Shown in pieces: positions 19,930-29,245 of a DNA stretch of 64,000 nt. Within the stretch, counting starts at the first letter, position 1; each line of letters starts with the position of its first letter. Below the pieces are notes generated by a model that was not told where the DNA came from, did no database searches, and saw nothing but the letters and a program-made list of their open reading frames with translations. The position numbers were made by a program, and so were the translations under genes. Source of the DNA: a bacterium (GTDB lineage: Bacteria > Patescibacteriota > CPR2 > UBA1875 > JAJYID01); the NCBI GenBank assembly GCA_021787535.1, contig JAJYLR010000001.1:301501-365500 (forward strand). Direction: 5' to 3'.

Positions 19930-19996
19930 TGTCATCCGCGGACTTGATCCGGGGATCTAGATAAGGAAGGATTCTGGACAAGCCAGAATGACGAAA
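19930..19996 (+). repeat. composite palindromic element (tgtcatcc...ggattctggacaagccagaatgacgaaa)
   Basis: TGTCAT left end and GAATGACGAAA right end; contains the ATTCTGG/CCAGAAT hairpin. Confidence 0.5.
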
Positions 19997-20001
19997 TAAT
20001 T

Positions 20002-20748
20002 ATGATAACCATTAAAACAAAAAAAGAAATTGATATTATGCGAGAAGGCGGACATATTTTGGCCGCCATTTTGAAGGAGGCGCGCGATTATACGAAACCC
20101 GGCATTGCAACCGGCGATATCGATAGATTTGTCGGCCGGCTTTGCCTGAAGTATGGCGTCAAGCCGGCATTTCGGGGCTATAATGGCTTCCCCGCAAATA
20201 TTTGTACCTCTTTAAATGACGAAATAGTGCATGGGCTGCCGTCTGACAAAAGAGTAATTCACTCCGGCGATCTTGTCTCTCTGGACTTCGGAGTCTTGTA
20301 TCGCGGGTTTAATACTGATGCGGCTATTACCTTTAGTGTTGGCAAGGCAAACGCTACTGAGAAGAAATTGATCAAAGTTGTCCAGAAGTCGTTCTTCGCC
20401 GGCATGAAAAAGGTTAGGGCCGGGGCTCATCTGGGCGACGTATCGGAAGCGATCCAGAAATATATCGAAAAGGAAGGTTTTGCGGTAATTAGAAATCTGG
20501 CCGGCCATGGAATTGGCAAAGAGATTCATGAATATCCGGTGATTCCAAACTTCGGCAAAAAGGGAACCGGTGATATTTTAAAGGAGGGGATGGTTCTGGC
20601 TATCGAACCGATGATTGCCGAGAAAGGTTTCGAGCTCAAGCTTGACACTGACGGCTGGACGTATATTACAGCCGACGGCGGACTCTCGGCCCACTTTGAA
20701 CACACAATTTGCGTCACCAAGCGAGGGTATGAGATTTTGACGCAATAA
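20002..20748 (+). CDS. map: methionine aminopeptidase type I
   Basis: Conserved D, D, H, E, E metal ligands in the pita-bread fold. Confidence 0.9.
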   Translation: MITIKTKKEIDIMREGGHILAAILKEARDYTKPGIATGDIDRFVGRLCLKYGVKPAFRGYNGFPANICTSLNDEIVHGLPSDKRVIHSGDLVSLDFGVLYRGFNTDAAITFSVGKANATEKKLIKVVQKSFFAGMKKVRAGAHLGDVSEAIQKYIEKEGFAVIRNLAGHGIGKEIHEYPVIPNFGKKGTGDILKEGMVLAIEPMIAEKGFELKLDTDGWTYITADGGLSAHFEHTICVTKRGYEILTQ

Positions 20749-20891
20749 AACTCATTGCAAAAGACAGTTCCCGGCAAAGGGTTTGCAAAGGGTGAGTTAT
20801 ATATATATAATTTTTAAAGCGAAATGTTTAATGTTTAGATTCCCGCCGGATATTTACCCGACTTTTGGCGGGCGGGAATGATAAGGAGAAA

Positions 20892-22118
20892 ATGGCTAGA
20901 GCGGAAGAAATATTTGTCGGACTGGATATAGGGAGCTTTAAAATCACTTGCGTGGTCGGAAAAACCGATGAAACGGGCGAGCTTAATATTATCGGTGTCG
21001 GCACCTCCTATAATACCGGTGTCAGAAAAGGTATAGTGAGTGAAATAGAAGAAACTGTGAGCGGTATCTCAGAGTGTATGGAAACTGCGGAAAGAATGGC
21101 CGGGGTTCAGCTCGACAGTGCTGCTATTAATATCAACGGAGCGCATATCGGCTCTATGAATTCGAAAGGCGTTGTGGCAGTAGCTAAAGCAAATCAAGAA
21201 GTAACTTATGAAGATACTATTCGGGTTGATGAAGCAGCTCAAGCAGTCCAGATATCATCAAATAAAGAAATTTTACATGTGATCCCCAGAATCTACAGTG
21301 TGGATGGGCAGGAAGGCGTCAAAGATCCTATAGGCATGACCGGCATACGGCTGGAAGGCGAAGTGCAGATTATTACGGTCTCAGAACCGGCTGTTAAAAA
21401 TCTCAAAAAATGCGTTTCCCAGGCCGGCATTGCTATTGAAGACATGATAGTCAGTCCTCTGGCTACATCGAAAGCGATAGCGGGCAAAAGGGAGAAAGAA
21501 CTCGGCTGTATTGTTATAGACATTGGTTCCAGTACTACCGGGATCATAGTTTATGAAGATGAAAAACCGCTTTATACTCATGTTTTGCCCGTTGGTTCAG
21601 CTCATATTACCAACGATATTGCTATCGGGCTTAGAACTTCCATTGATGTAGCCGAGAAAGTAAAGCTGAAATACGGCACCTCTCTCGCCAAGTCAGTTCC
21701 CGAAAGAGATAAAATAGATCTCTCAGAGATTGATATGAACGAAGAAGGCATTATACCGAGGAAGCATGTAGCGGAAATTATCGAAGCACGCCTGCATGAG
21801 ATTTTTAATTTAGTAAAACTGGAACTCAGAAAGATTAACCGGGACGGGCAGCTGCCGGCCGGAGCTATTCTTTCTGGAGGCGGAGCAAAGCTGGAGGATA
21901 TAGATGCCGCGGCTAAAGACATTCTGAAACTTCCTTGCGTTATCGGCAAACCGCATAACTTGAAAGGTATGGTCGACAAAGTCTATGACCCCAGATTTTC
22001 ATGCGCGGTCGGTCTGATGCTTTACCAGCTTGAGGAAAATGAGCGTGTCGGCGGCTCTAAACAGGTTGGCGAAGCGCTTACGAAGATTAAAAGAGTGTTT
22101 AAAACATTCCTGCCGTAA
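20892..22118 (+). CDS. ftsA: cell division protein FtsA
   Basis: Actin-like ATPase motifs (GLDIGS, DIGSSTT); ATG at 20892 with RBS aaggag is preferred over the track start at 20865. Confidence 0.85.
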   Translation: MARAEEIFVGLDIGSFKITCVVGKTDETGELNIIGVGTSYNTGVRKGIVSEIEETVSGISECMETAERMAGVQLDSAAININGAHIGSMNSKGVVAVAKANQEVTYEDTIRVDEAAQAVQISSNKEILHVIPRIYSVDGQEGVKDPIGMTGIRLEGEVQIITVSEPAVKNLKKCVSQAGIAIEDMIVSPLATSKAIAGKREKELGCIVIDIGSSTTGIIVYEDEKPLYTHVLPVGSAHITNDIAIGLRTSIDVAEKVKLKYGTSLAKSVPERDKIDLSEIDMNEEGIIPRKHVAEIIEARLHEIFNLVKLELRKINRDGQLPAGAILSGGGAKLEDIDAAAKDILKLPCVIGKPHNLKGMVDKVYDPRFSCAVGLMLYQLEENERVGGSKQVGEALTKIKRVFKTFLP

Positions 22119-22155
22119 CTGCCGGATTGAATTACAAATAAATTTTTGGTAAAAT

Positions 22156-22189
22156 AAGAGGCAAGAGGGTTTTGCCTTCTTATTTTTTT
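22156..22189 (+). terminator. rho-independent terminator after ftsA
   Basis: aagaggcaa/ttgccttctt stem plus T7. Confidence 0.6.
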
Positions 22190-22234
22190 GCCCTTTGTAA
22201 AACCTAAAATATATCACAGAAAATTCAGGAAAGG

Positions 22235-23503
22235 ATGAAAATGCAAAAGACAGTTCCGTTTACTAAAAGTCAGATCGAGGAAATTATTAAAGAGTACCCG
22301 ACGCCTTTTCATATCTATGATGAAAGGGCAATCAGGGAAAATGCTAGGAGATTGCTTAAATCCTTTTCCGGATTTCCTGGATTTCATGAGTTTTTTGCCG
22401 TCAAAGCGTGTCCGAATCCTTATATCCTTGAGATTTTAATGGAAGAGGGTTTCGGTGCAGACTGCAGTTCTGATACTGAGCTTGAACTTGCGCGCAGGGT
22501 TGGGATAATTGGCGAGAACATAATGTTCTCCTCAAATGATACTCAAAAAGGTGAGTTTGAGATGGCTAGCCATCTGGAGGCGATTATTAATCTGGATGAT
22601 GTCGATATGATTCCCTTCCTTGAAGAAGAGGCGGGTATGCCGAATATCGCATGTTTTCGGTATAACCCTGGTCCGCGGCTTAAAACAAATACCAGCTTTA
22701 TCGGCAAACCGGAAGAGGCGAAGTATGGTCTTACCAGAGAGCAGTTAACCGATGCCTATAAATATATGAGGGATCGGGGAGTTCGCAGATTTGGGCTCCA
22801 TACGATGGTGGCGTCAAACGAACTGGATCCGGCATTTTTTATTGAGAATGCAGAAATGCTTTTCGATATTGTGGTTGAACTATCCCATGAGCTTGAAATT
22901 AGCTTCGAATTCATCAATATCGGAGGCGGTATTGGCATACCTTATCAGCCAGGCCAGGATCCTGTTGATCTCGACCTTATCGCTCGCGGTATCAAAGCGG
23001 CCTACATTAAGAAGATATCGGCGAATGATCTGAATCCGCTCAAGCTCTACATGGAAAACGGGCGCATGGTCACCGGTCCTTACGGATATCTTGTGGCCAA
23101 AGCGATTCACAAAAAAAGCATCTACAGGGACTATGTCGGACTTGATGCCTGCATGGCTAACCTAATGAGACCTGCTCTCTATGGCGCATACCATCACATT
23201 ACTGTCATGGGTAAAGAACATAATATCAAAAAGCATATTTACGATGTAACAGGTTCTTTGTGCGAGAATAATGATAAATTTGCCGTTCAGCGTTTGCTGC
23301 CTGAAGTTTCCATCGGCGATACAATCGTTATTCATGACGCGGGAGCTCATGGACATGCTATGGGATTCAACTATAACGGCAAGAAAAAGTCGGCCGAACT
23401 GCTTCTCAGAGAAGATGGATCAGTCCAACAAATCAGGCGAGCAGAGACCTTGGAGGATCTCTTTGCCACGCTCGACTTCTCAATGTTGAAGCATGCGGCA
23501 TAA
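22235..23503 (+). CDS. lysA: PLP-dependent fold-III decarboxylase, diaminopimelate decarboxylase-like
   Basis: FAVKAC (PLP-Lys), INIGGGIGIPY, CENND motifs. Confidence 0.7.
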   Translation: MKMQKTVPFTKSQIEEIIKEYPTPFHIYDERAIRENARRLLKSFSGFPGFHEFFAVKACPNPYILEILMEEGFGADCSSDTELELARRVGIIGENIMFSSNDTQKGEFEMASHLEAIINLDDVDMIPFLEEEAGMPNIACFRYNPGPRLKTNTSFIGKPEEAKYGLTREQLTDAYKYMRDRGVRRFGLHTMVASNELDPAFFIENAEMLFDIVVELSHELEISFEFINIGGGIGIPYQPGQDPVDLDLIARGIKAAYIKKISANDLNPLKLYMENGRMVTGPYGYLVAKAIHKKSIYRDYVGLDACMANLMRPALYGAYHHITVMGKEHNIKKHIYDVTGSLCENNDKFAVQRLLPEVSIGDTIVIHDAGAHGHAMGFNYNGKKKSAELLLREDGSVQQIRRAETLEDLFATLDFSMLKHAA

Positions 23504-23532
23504 GTGGTAACTTAGGAAAATATGTACAATTG

Positions 23533-23571
23533 ATGGCTCGGTGCGTTTACGCACCGAGCCATTTCTCTTTT
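23533..23571 (+). terminator. rho-independent terminator
   Basis: atggctcggtgcg/cgcaccgagccat 13-bp stem plus T-run. Confidence 0.7.
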
Positions 23572-23742
23572 CACTTCCATTACACCACCAAAAGTGTTAT
23601 AATAAAACCACGAAACTTTTAAGGTGAGGGTACAACTTAAGTCCCGGCCTTTTTAGTTTAGAAGCTTTATTTTTTGAAAGGAGGATTGAAGTTTTCCGGA
23701 TAAGGTGTTTAGTCTTGTTAATTTAAGTGAAAGGACTAATCT

Positions 23743-24915
23743 TTGCAACATAATGCGAACATAGACAAGCTGATTGGTGTATATCCATTCAGTGCCCTGA
23801 CCAAGAAGGTTAATGAGGTGGCAGCTGCCGGAGTGGATGTTATCCGGCTGCATATCGGAGACGTTCTGGGGCCTATCACTTCTTCACCGGCGGATCTTAT
23901 GGAAAAGGAGATTGAACGTCAAAGAGAACGTGATTCTTTCAGGGGCTATCAGAATGAAGCCGGTACAGATGATACAAGAGAGATGGTAGCGAACTACATT
24001 TCTCGTCTTGCCGGCAAGGAAATCCTGCCAGAGGAAGTTTTCATCACTTATGGCATTAAGGATGAAATTCCTATTCTGATGTGGCTCTTTGACCGCAATA
24101 GCAACTTTGCGATCGAGAGGCCTGTCTATCCCGCATATGAAGGCGTTATCACCATATGCAGTGCAGGCAACATCACGTACATGGACTGTAACGAAGATAA
24201 TGATTTCATTCCGGATTTGCCGAATAAGGATGTCGACATCATGTTTCTCAATCGGCCGAACAATCCTACTGGCGCAGGAATGACTCTCGCACAGTATCAG
24301 GAGCGGGTTGACTGGGCGAATGAAAACGGTGCCGTGATCGTTCAAGATTCGGCTTACTCTGTTTTCGGTGAAGACGGATATCCGGAAAGCATTCTCGCGG
24401 CCAAGGATGCGAAACGTTGTTGCATTGAGATGTTTTCGTTATCAAAATCTCATGCCGCAACAGCGATGCGCGCCGGGGCTGTCATAGTTTCTCGTGAGCT
24501 TCAGTGTTCCAGCACGGATGATCTGTACACCAAGTGGACAACCATGATCGGTTTCATGAAAAATGGAGTCGGCCTTGAAAATCAGGCTTTCATCAGAGGT
24601 GCTCTAAGCCAGAGCGGCCTCAGAGAAAGTTATGAAGCCATCGATGTTTATAAGGATTCCGGTGAGCTTTTGAACAAGGGATTCCGTGATCAGGGTTATA
24701 CAGTCAGAGGCGGAGAAAATGCGCCGTACAGTCTGATCAAAGCTCCTAATGGAATGACCGGAAACGATCTTGCAGAGATTTTTCTTTCTCAGCAAGGTGT
24801 GGCTGTCGCCCCCACGGAAATATTCAATCTTCCGGGCTGGGTAAGGATCCATCATTTCATTACAGCCGAACGTGCCAAAGAAGCCCTGGATAGGATTGCA
24901 AATATAAATCTCTAA
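23743..24915 (+). CDS. class I/II aminotransferase, LL-diaminopimelate aminotransferase (DapL)-like
   Basis: HIGDVLGPI N-terminal motif, NRPNNPTG, SLSKSHA PLP-Lys region. Confidence 0.6.
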   Translation: MQHNANIDKLIGVYPFSALTKKVNEVAAAGVDVIRLHIGDVLGPITSSPADLMEKEIERQRERDSFRGYQNEAGTDDTREMVANYISRLAGKEILPEEVFITYGIKDEIPILMWLFDRNSNFAIERPVYPAYEGVITICSAGNITYMDCNEDNDFIPDLPNKDVDIMFLNRPNNPTGAGMTLAQYQERVDWANENGAVIVQDSAYSVFGEDGYPESILAAKDAKRCCIEMFSLSKSHAATAMRAGAVIVSRELQCSSTDDLYTKWTTMIGFMKNGVGLENQAFIRGALSQSGLRESYEAIDVYKDSGELLNKGFRDQGYTVRGGENAPYSLIKAPNGMTGNDLAEIFLSQQGVAVAPTEIFNLPGWVRIHHFITAERAKEALDRIANINL

Positions 24916-24935
24916 CCAGATCAAAATCACTCGAA

Positions 24936-24967
24936 AAGGGGACCTGTCTCGACGGGTCCCTTTTTTC
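24936..24967 (+). terminator. rho-independent terminator
   Basis: ggggacc...gggtccc plus T6. Confidence 0.65.
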
Positions 24968-25295
24968 CTTTCTTTTTTCGACAAATTAGTTGTGGAAATG
25001 AAAGAAAAATGTATAGAATCCTAGTCGTTTTTAGAAAATGCAAAAATGAAAAATTTAGAAATTTTTAACCTTATATTGTATAAATTATTGGAACAAAAAC
25101 AAAAAAAGTATTGCATCGAGTATAAAAAAGATATACACTTTATTTCGGATGTTTTATTGGTTCATTTTTGGACTTAAATGTTTGAGAAAATTATTGCTAA
25201 AAGGATGTTTCTGGTTTTATTATCAGAAACGTTCAACTATTAGACAGCTCTTCTTTTAATACAAAATTTTGAAGGGTGAGGGAGGTTATAAAAAC

Positions 25296-26372
25296 ATGGC
25301 AGAAATTAAACCCAGTATTGAAGCTTTCGCTCAGATCAAAGTGGTCGGAGTCGGAGGAAGCGGAACCGGTGTGGTCAATAGAATGGTTGATACCGGCGTG
25401 AAAGGTGTAGAGTTTATTGCGGTAAATACCGACACGCAAAACTTGCAATCTTCGAAAGCTAACAAAAAAATTCATATCGGCAAAACTATTACTCGCGGCC
25501 TTGGGGCCGGCGCTGATCCTGAAGTTGGCAAAAAAGCCGCTGAAGAGTCAAGCGAAGACATAGAAGAAGCCCTTAAGGGCGCTGATATGGTTTTTGTTAC
25601 TTGCGGTGAAGGCGGCGGAACCGGTACTGGTGCTGCTCCTGTTATTGCTTCCATCGCCAGGCAGGTCGGTGCGCTGACTGTCGGTTTTGTGACCAAACCA
25701 TTTGGTTTTGAAGGAGAAAGAAGAAAAAGAACATCTGAGGAAGGCGTAGAAGAACTGAAAGAGCATGTCGACACTTTAATTACCATTCCAAACGACCGGC
25801 TTCTTCAGACAATTGAAAAGAAAACGACTATGCTGGACGCTTTCTCAGTAGTTGATGATGTTTTAAGGCAAGGCGTGCAAGGTATTTCTGATTTAATTAC
25901 TATTCACGGACTTATAAACGTCGACTTTGCCGACGTGAAAATGATTATGTCAAACGCCGGATCGGCTCTGATGGGTATCGGCATGGGCAGCGGCGAAAAC
26001 AGGGCAGTCGAGGCGGCCAGAAAAGCTATCAATTCTCCGCTTCTCGAGCTTTCTATCAACGGTGCCAAAGGAGTTCTCTTTAACGTTACCGGCGGAAGCG
26101 ATTTGGGTATGTTTGAAATTGATGAAGCGGCTAAGATTATTACCGAAGCGGTTGATCCTGATGCAAATATCATCTTCGGTGCGGTGATCGACCCGTCGCT
26201 CTCCAATGAACTGAAAATTACCGTTATCGCCACGGGCTTCGAATCTCCAAAAACTACTTCAGTCGGCGCGATAGAATCAAACAAGACCATTTTTGAGGAA
26301 GATTCCGGATTTGAAGAAGATGCGGATGACGAACTCGAAATCCCGGCCTTCATTAGAAAAAGAATGGAATAA
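25296..26372 (+). CDS. ftsZ: cell division GTPase FtsZ
   Basis: GGGTGTG tubulin signature; RBS gagggagg; ATG at 25296. Confidence 0.95.
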   Translation: MAEIKPSIEAFAQIKVVGVGGSGTGVVNRMVDTGVKGVEFIAVNTDTQNLQSSKANKKIHIGKTITRGLGAGADPEVGKKAAEESSEDIEEALKGADMVFVTCGEGGGTGTGAAPVIASIARQVGALTVGFVTKPFGFEGERRKRTSEEGVEELKEHVDTLITIPNDRLLQTIEKKTTMLDAFSVVDDVLRQGVQGISDLITIHGLINVDFADVKMIMSNAGSALMGIGMGSGENRAVEAARKAINSPLLELSINGAKGVLFNVTGGSDLGMFEIDEAAKIITEAVDPDANIIFGAVIDPSLSNELKITVIATGFESPKTTSVGAIESNKTIFEEDSGFEEDADDELEIPAFIRKRME

Positions 26373-26459
26373 GTTGCCAATTCACAATTAACAATTCATA
26401 AAGAAAAAGCCCCGATAGCGTTTCGGAGCTTTTTGATTGCAGGTACGTTTCCGATTGGA

Positions 26460-27752
26460 TTATTCTCCGCGAATCATTTTTGCAGTTTCGGATCTTCGGA
26501 TAAAATATTCACGGTATCGGTCAGAATGAATTGCCTCCTCCTCGCTGTCTGAGAGTTCGCCTTCCACTTGATCGACTACTATCGTCCACTTTTCGTCCAA
26601 CGTCTTTGCCAGGTATACTAGAATGCCATCAGAAAATCGAATTTCCTTAACACTGCGGTAGGTATTTCCAACCAGGCCATCGACACAAACCGCTTCTTCA
26701 TCTGGTACGCTTTTGACAACAAAGGCGAGATGCAGAGGATCCTCATTTAGGTAGCAGTAGAAGTGGGCTCCATTATGCCACCCTTGCGGCTTGCCGTCTA
26801 CAACGAAGGTTTCTTGGCCCTCAGCATTGGTTGCATAGAAGACGAATTTTCCATCTTCTGTGAAGAAGCCCTTCTTCGTGTCCTTGTACCAGTCGGTGAA
26901 TTTACCGTTAACGACCCAGGCCTTTTCCTTTCCCTCTATTTCCTGTGCGACAGGGTAGGCAAAGTTGCCGTTTAAGTAGACAGGATTGCCAAAATTCCAA
27001 CGATCTATGCTCTTGTTGTGCTTATCGAGCGGTTTTCCGTCGAGAATCCAGTACCAAATGTCTCCTTCGCTTACCCTCATTGCAATATGAATATCTGATT
27101 CATTCTCGAACAGATCCAGGGAAATATAGTCGAACCAACCCTGCTCCTTGCCATTTATGACATAAGTTTCTTTTTCCTTGTCATTCTTGGCTCGGAAAGC
27201 AAAGTATTCTTCTCCTCTCATGGGAAGCCAGCCATCGCCGACGCTTTTATAGAGCTCTGACACTTTATCTTCGAAAACGTATCCCCACTTTCCGTCAAGG
27301 GACACCAGGAAGTACTCGGGAAGCGCATCCAGATCCAAGTCGTGAATGCCCCTCATTAAGAAAGGCGAGTTGTTGGTATAGACTTCATCAAACCAGCCGA
27401 TTAGTCGGCCGTTTGAGATGATGCCCATTTTCCCATTTTCATCAGCCAGCTCAACGATCACTTTTGAATCAGCTGTCCAGATTTTCAAGATATCGTATTC
27501 TTTATCATCCAGGAAATATCCGGAGTACTTCCTTTCGGCAAGTTCTCTATCTATATACTGAAGAATACTCTCCAGACCGTGTCTCTTGTCTCCGTTTTCC
27601 TCGACATCTATCATTGGCAACAGTACGAACTCTTCAGCGGCGGTCCCACCCATATGCTGTTGCAAATGAAGATGCTTAATACTTGAGAGCGCTTCAATCG
27701 CTTGCTCGTTTGCTTCTTGGTTAGTTGGGCTCAGTGTCATCGAGATAATCAT
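26460..27752 (-). CDS. WG-repeat (beta-propeller-like) protein, 430 aa, no signal peptide
   Basis: At least six repeats of the type NGK..GWFD/DGKWGYVFED. Confidence 0.55.
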   Translation of the reverse strand: MIISMTLSPTNQEANEQAIEALSSIKHLHLQQHMGGTAAEEFVLLPMIDVEENGDKRHGLESILQYIDRELAERKYSGYFLDDKEYDILKIWTADSKVIVELADENGKMGIISNGRLIGWFDEVYTNNSPFLMRGIHDLDLDALPEYFLVSLDGKWGYVFEDKVSELYKSVGDGWLPMRGEEYFAFRAKNDKEKETYVINGKEQGWFDYISLDLFENESDIHIAMRVSEGDIWYWILDGKPLDKHNKSIDRWNFGNPVYLNGNFAYPVAQEIEGKEKAWVVNGKFTDWYKDTKKGFFTEDGKFVFYATNAEGQETFVVDGKPQGWHNGAHFYCYLNEDPLHLAFVVKSVPDEEAVCVDGLVGNTYRSVKEIRFSDGILVYLAKTLDEKWTIVVDQVEGELSDSEEEAIHSDRYREYFIRRSETAKMIRGE

Positions 27753-27761
27753 TTTTCCTCC

Positions 27762-28007
27762 TTAAGCCGGGATTTTATTTTCGTTGTGCGTTCTTTGAAG
27801 TTTGTCTCTTAGCTCAGTGATTTGGGCTATACCCCTATAGGGGACAGGGCAATCCCCCAAATACGCAAGTGGTTCATGCCCTCGTGTAGTTGCAGGGAAG
27901 GGGTTGATTTCGAATTTTTCTCGAGGTAAAGTCATCAAAATTTCCATTGCTTTATCTTTTTCGCCCTTAGCATCCAGTAAAAGCATGATTTTGTATTTGA
28001 GCGCCAT
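27762..28007 (-). CDS. small hypothetical protein (81 aa), paralogue of 28017-28247
   Basis: Shares MAL...LP...GI.QIT.LRDKLQ....IPA with the gene immediately upstream; 9-nt spacing. Confidence 0.5.
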   Translation of the reverse strand: MALKYKIMLLLDAKGEKDKAMEILMTLPREKFEINPFPATTRGHEPLAYLGDCPVPYRGIAQITELRDKLQRTHNENKIPA

Positions 28008-28016
28008 CTTTACTCC

Positions 28017-28247
28017 TTAAGCCGGGATTTGACCTTCGTCGTATATGCCTTGTAGTTTGTCTCTGAGTCTTGTGATTGCTCCAATACCCTGATAGCTGAA
28101 ATTTCTCCAGTAAGCGATTGGCGGCCAATTGGGTTCAGTCGGCAGAACTTTTACTTGAATTTCTTTTGGCAGAGAAAAGAGGATGTCAATCGCTTCCAAA
28201 CCTTCCTTTGAATGATCTGCCATTAGTAGTACTCGATTTAACGCCAT
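28017..28247 (-). CDS. small hypothetical protein (76 aa), paralogue of 27762-28007
   Basis: Internal ATG with RBS ggagaaaaa; the tandem duplicate pair heads a three-gene minus-strand operon. Confidence 0.5.
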   Translation of the reverse strand: MALNRVLLMADHSKEGLEAIDILFSLPKEIQVKVLPTEPNWPPIAYWRNFSYQGIGAITRLRDKLQGIYDEGQIPA

Positions 28248-28411
28248 TTTTTCTCCAATCGGAATAGTTTTCAAGGTGCGGAGGTGTATTTTAGCAATTG
28301 TAAAAACCCAAAACAAGTATACAGATTTTGGAATTTTCAAAATTCAAATGCCAATGTCCAATCAATTTTCAAGTTTTAAAATTTCAGACCAGAATAATTA
28401 AATTAAGGACT

Positions 28412-28440
28412 GGATTCCCGCTTTCGCGGGAATGACAAAG
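28412..28440 (+). repeat. palindromic hairpin repeat (ATTCCCGC/GCGGGAAT variant)
   Basis: ggattcccgctttcgcgggaatgacaaag. Confidence 0.5.
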
Positions 28441-28605
28441 AAGCGAAATGATCTGGAAAGCTTGTGGAAAAGTGGGAAAAACTTTCAATATGAGCTGGAA
28501 AATCTGCTAAAAAACAGTGGAAAAGAAAACCGTTGACACGCTATATCTAGTGTTCTATTATTTTTTTAAACACCATAAGTGGTGTAAATTTTTGTGAGGT
28601 AAAAC

Positions 28606-29052
28606 ATGTACTGTCCGGAGTGCAAAGAAAACAAAATCAAAGTCTTAGAGAAGAGGAACGTAGAGGGCGAGCAGGTGATTCGCCGTCGAAGGGAGTGCGA
28701 ATCCTGCGGATTTCGCTTTACCACATACGAAAGGGTTGAGGCGGCTGCGCTGACAGTTATTAAAAAAGACGGCGCGCGAGAAACCTTTTCTGCGGATAAA
28801 CTGAAAAGCGGCATAGAAAGAGCACTTGAAAAAAGGCCGATTAGCGGGGTGGAAATGGATCAATTTACCCGCGATATAGAAAGAGACCTGAAATCCAGAG
28901 GCGCTAGTGAGATTAAATCACAGAAAATCGGCGATATAGTACTTCAAAAATTGAAAGATCTGGATGAAGTGGCATATCTAAGGTTTGCGAGCGTCTATAA
29001 GTCATTCGAGACAGCCGATAGTTTTAAAAAGGAGCTTGAGAATATCGGTTAG
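28606..29052 (+). CDS. nrdR: transcriptional repressor NrdR
   Basis: N-terminal Zn ribbon CPEC...CESC plus ATP-cone. Confidence 0.9.
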   Translation: MYCPECKENKIKVLEKRNVEGEQVIRRRRECESCGFRFTTYERVEAAALTVIKKDGARETFSADKLKSGIERALEKRPISGVEMDQFTRDIERDLKSRGASEIKSQKIGDIVLQKLKDLDEVAYLRFASVYKSFETADSFKKELENIG

Positions 29053-29245
29053 GGATTAGGGAATAGTGACGAGGTGGCAAGGGCTAGCTGATGCGGTTAT
29101 ATGAGAAGCAGCTAGTGAGTAGATCAGGTTATAGTTGGGAATTTATAAATTGAGGGTGTGAGAGATTAGTTTAGCTTTATCAAAAAATAATGAGAGCTGC
29201 CTGCCGGATGGACAGACAGGCGAGGGTAGAAAAGGAGGAGAGAAT

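Noticed and set aside
20865-20891. Upstream extensions of FtsA (20865), FtsZ (25269), ParA (51214), HtrA (56568), PurD (63385) and the 37967 ORF given in the ORF track
   Set aside because: Internal ATG codons with properly spaced SD sequences and conserved N-termini (e.g. MGKVIAVTNQKGG for ParA) are better starts. The extensions lack an RBS.
24270-24290. caggaatgac inside the DapL-like gene as a possible repeat copy
   Set aside because: There is no complementary upstream arm, and the sequence encodes the conserved NNPTGAGMT aminotransferase motif.
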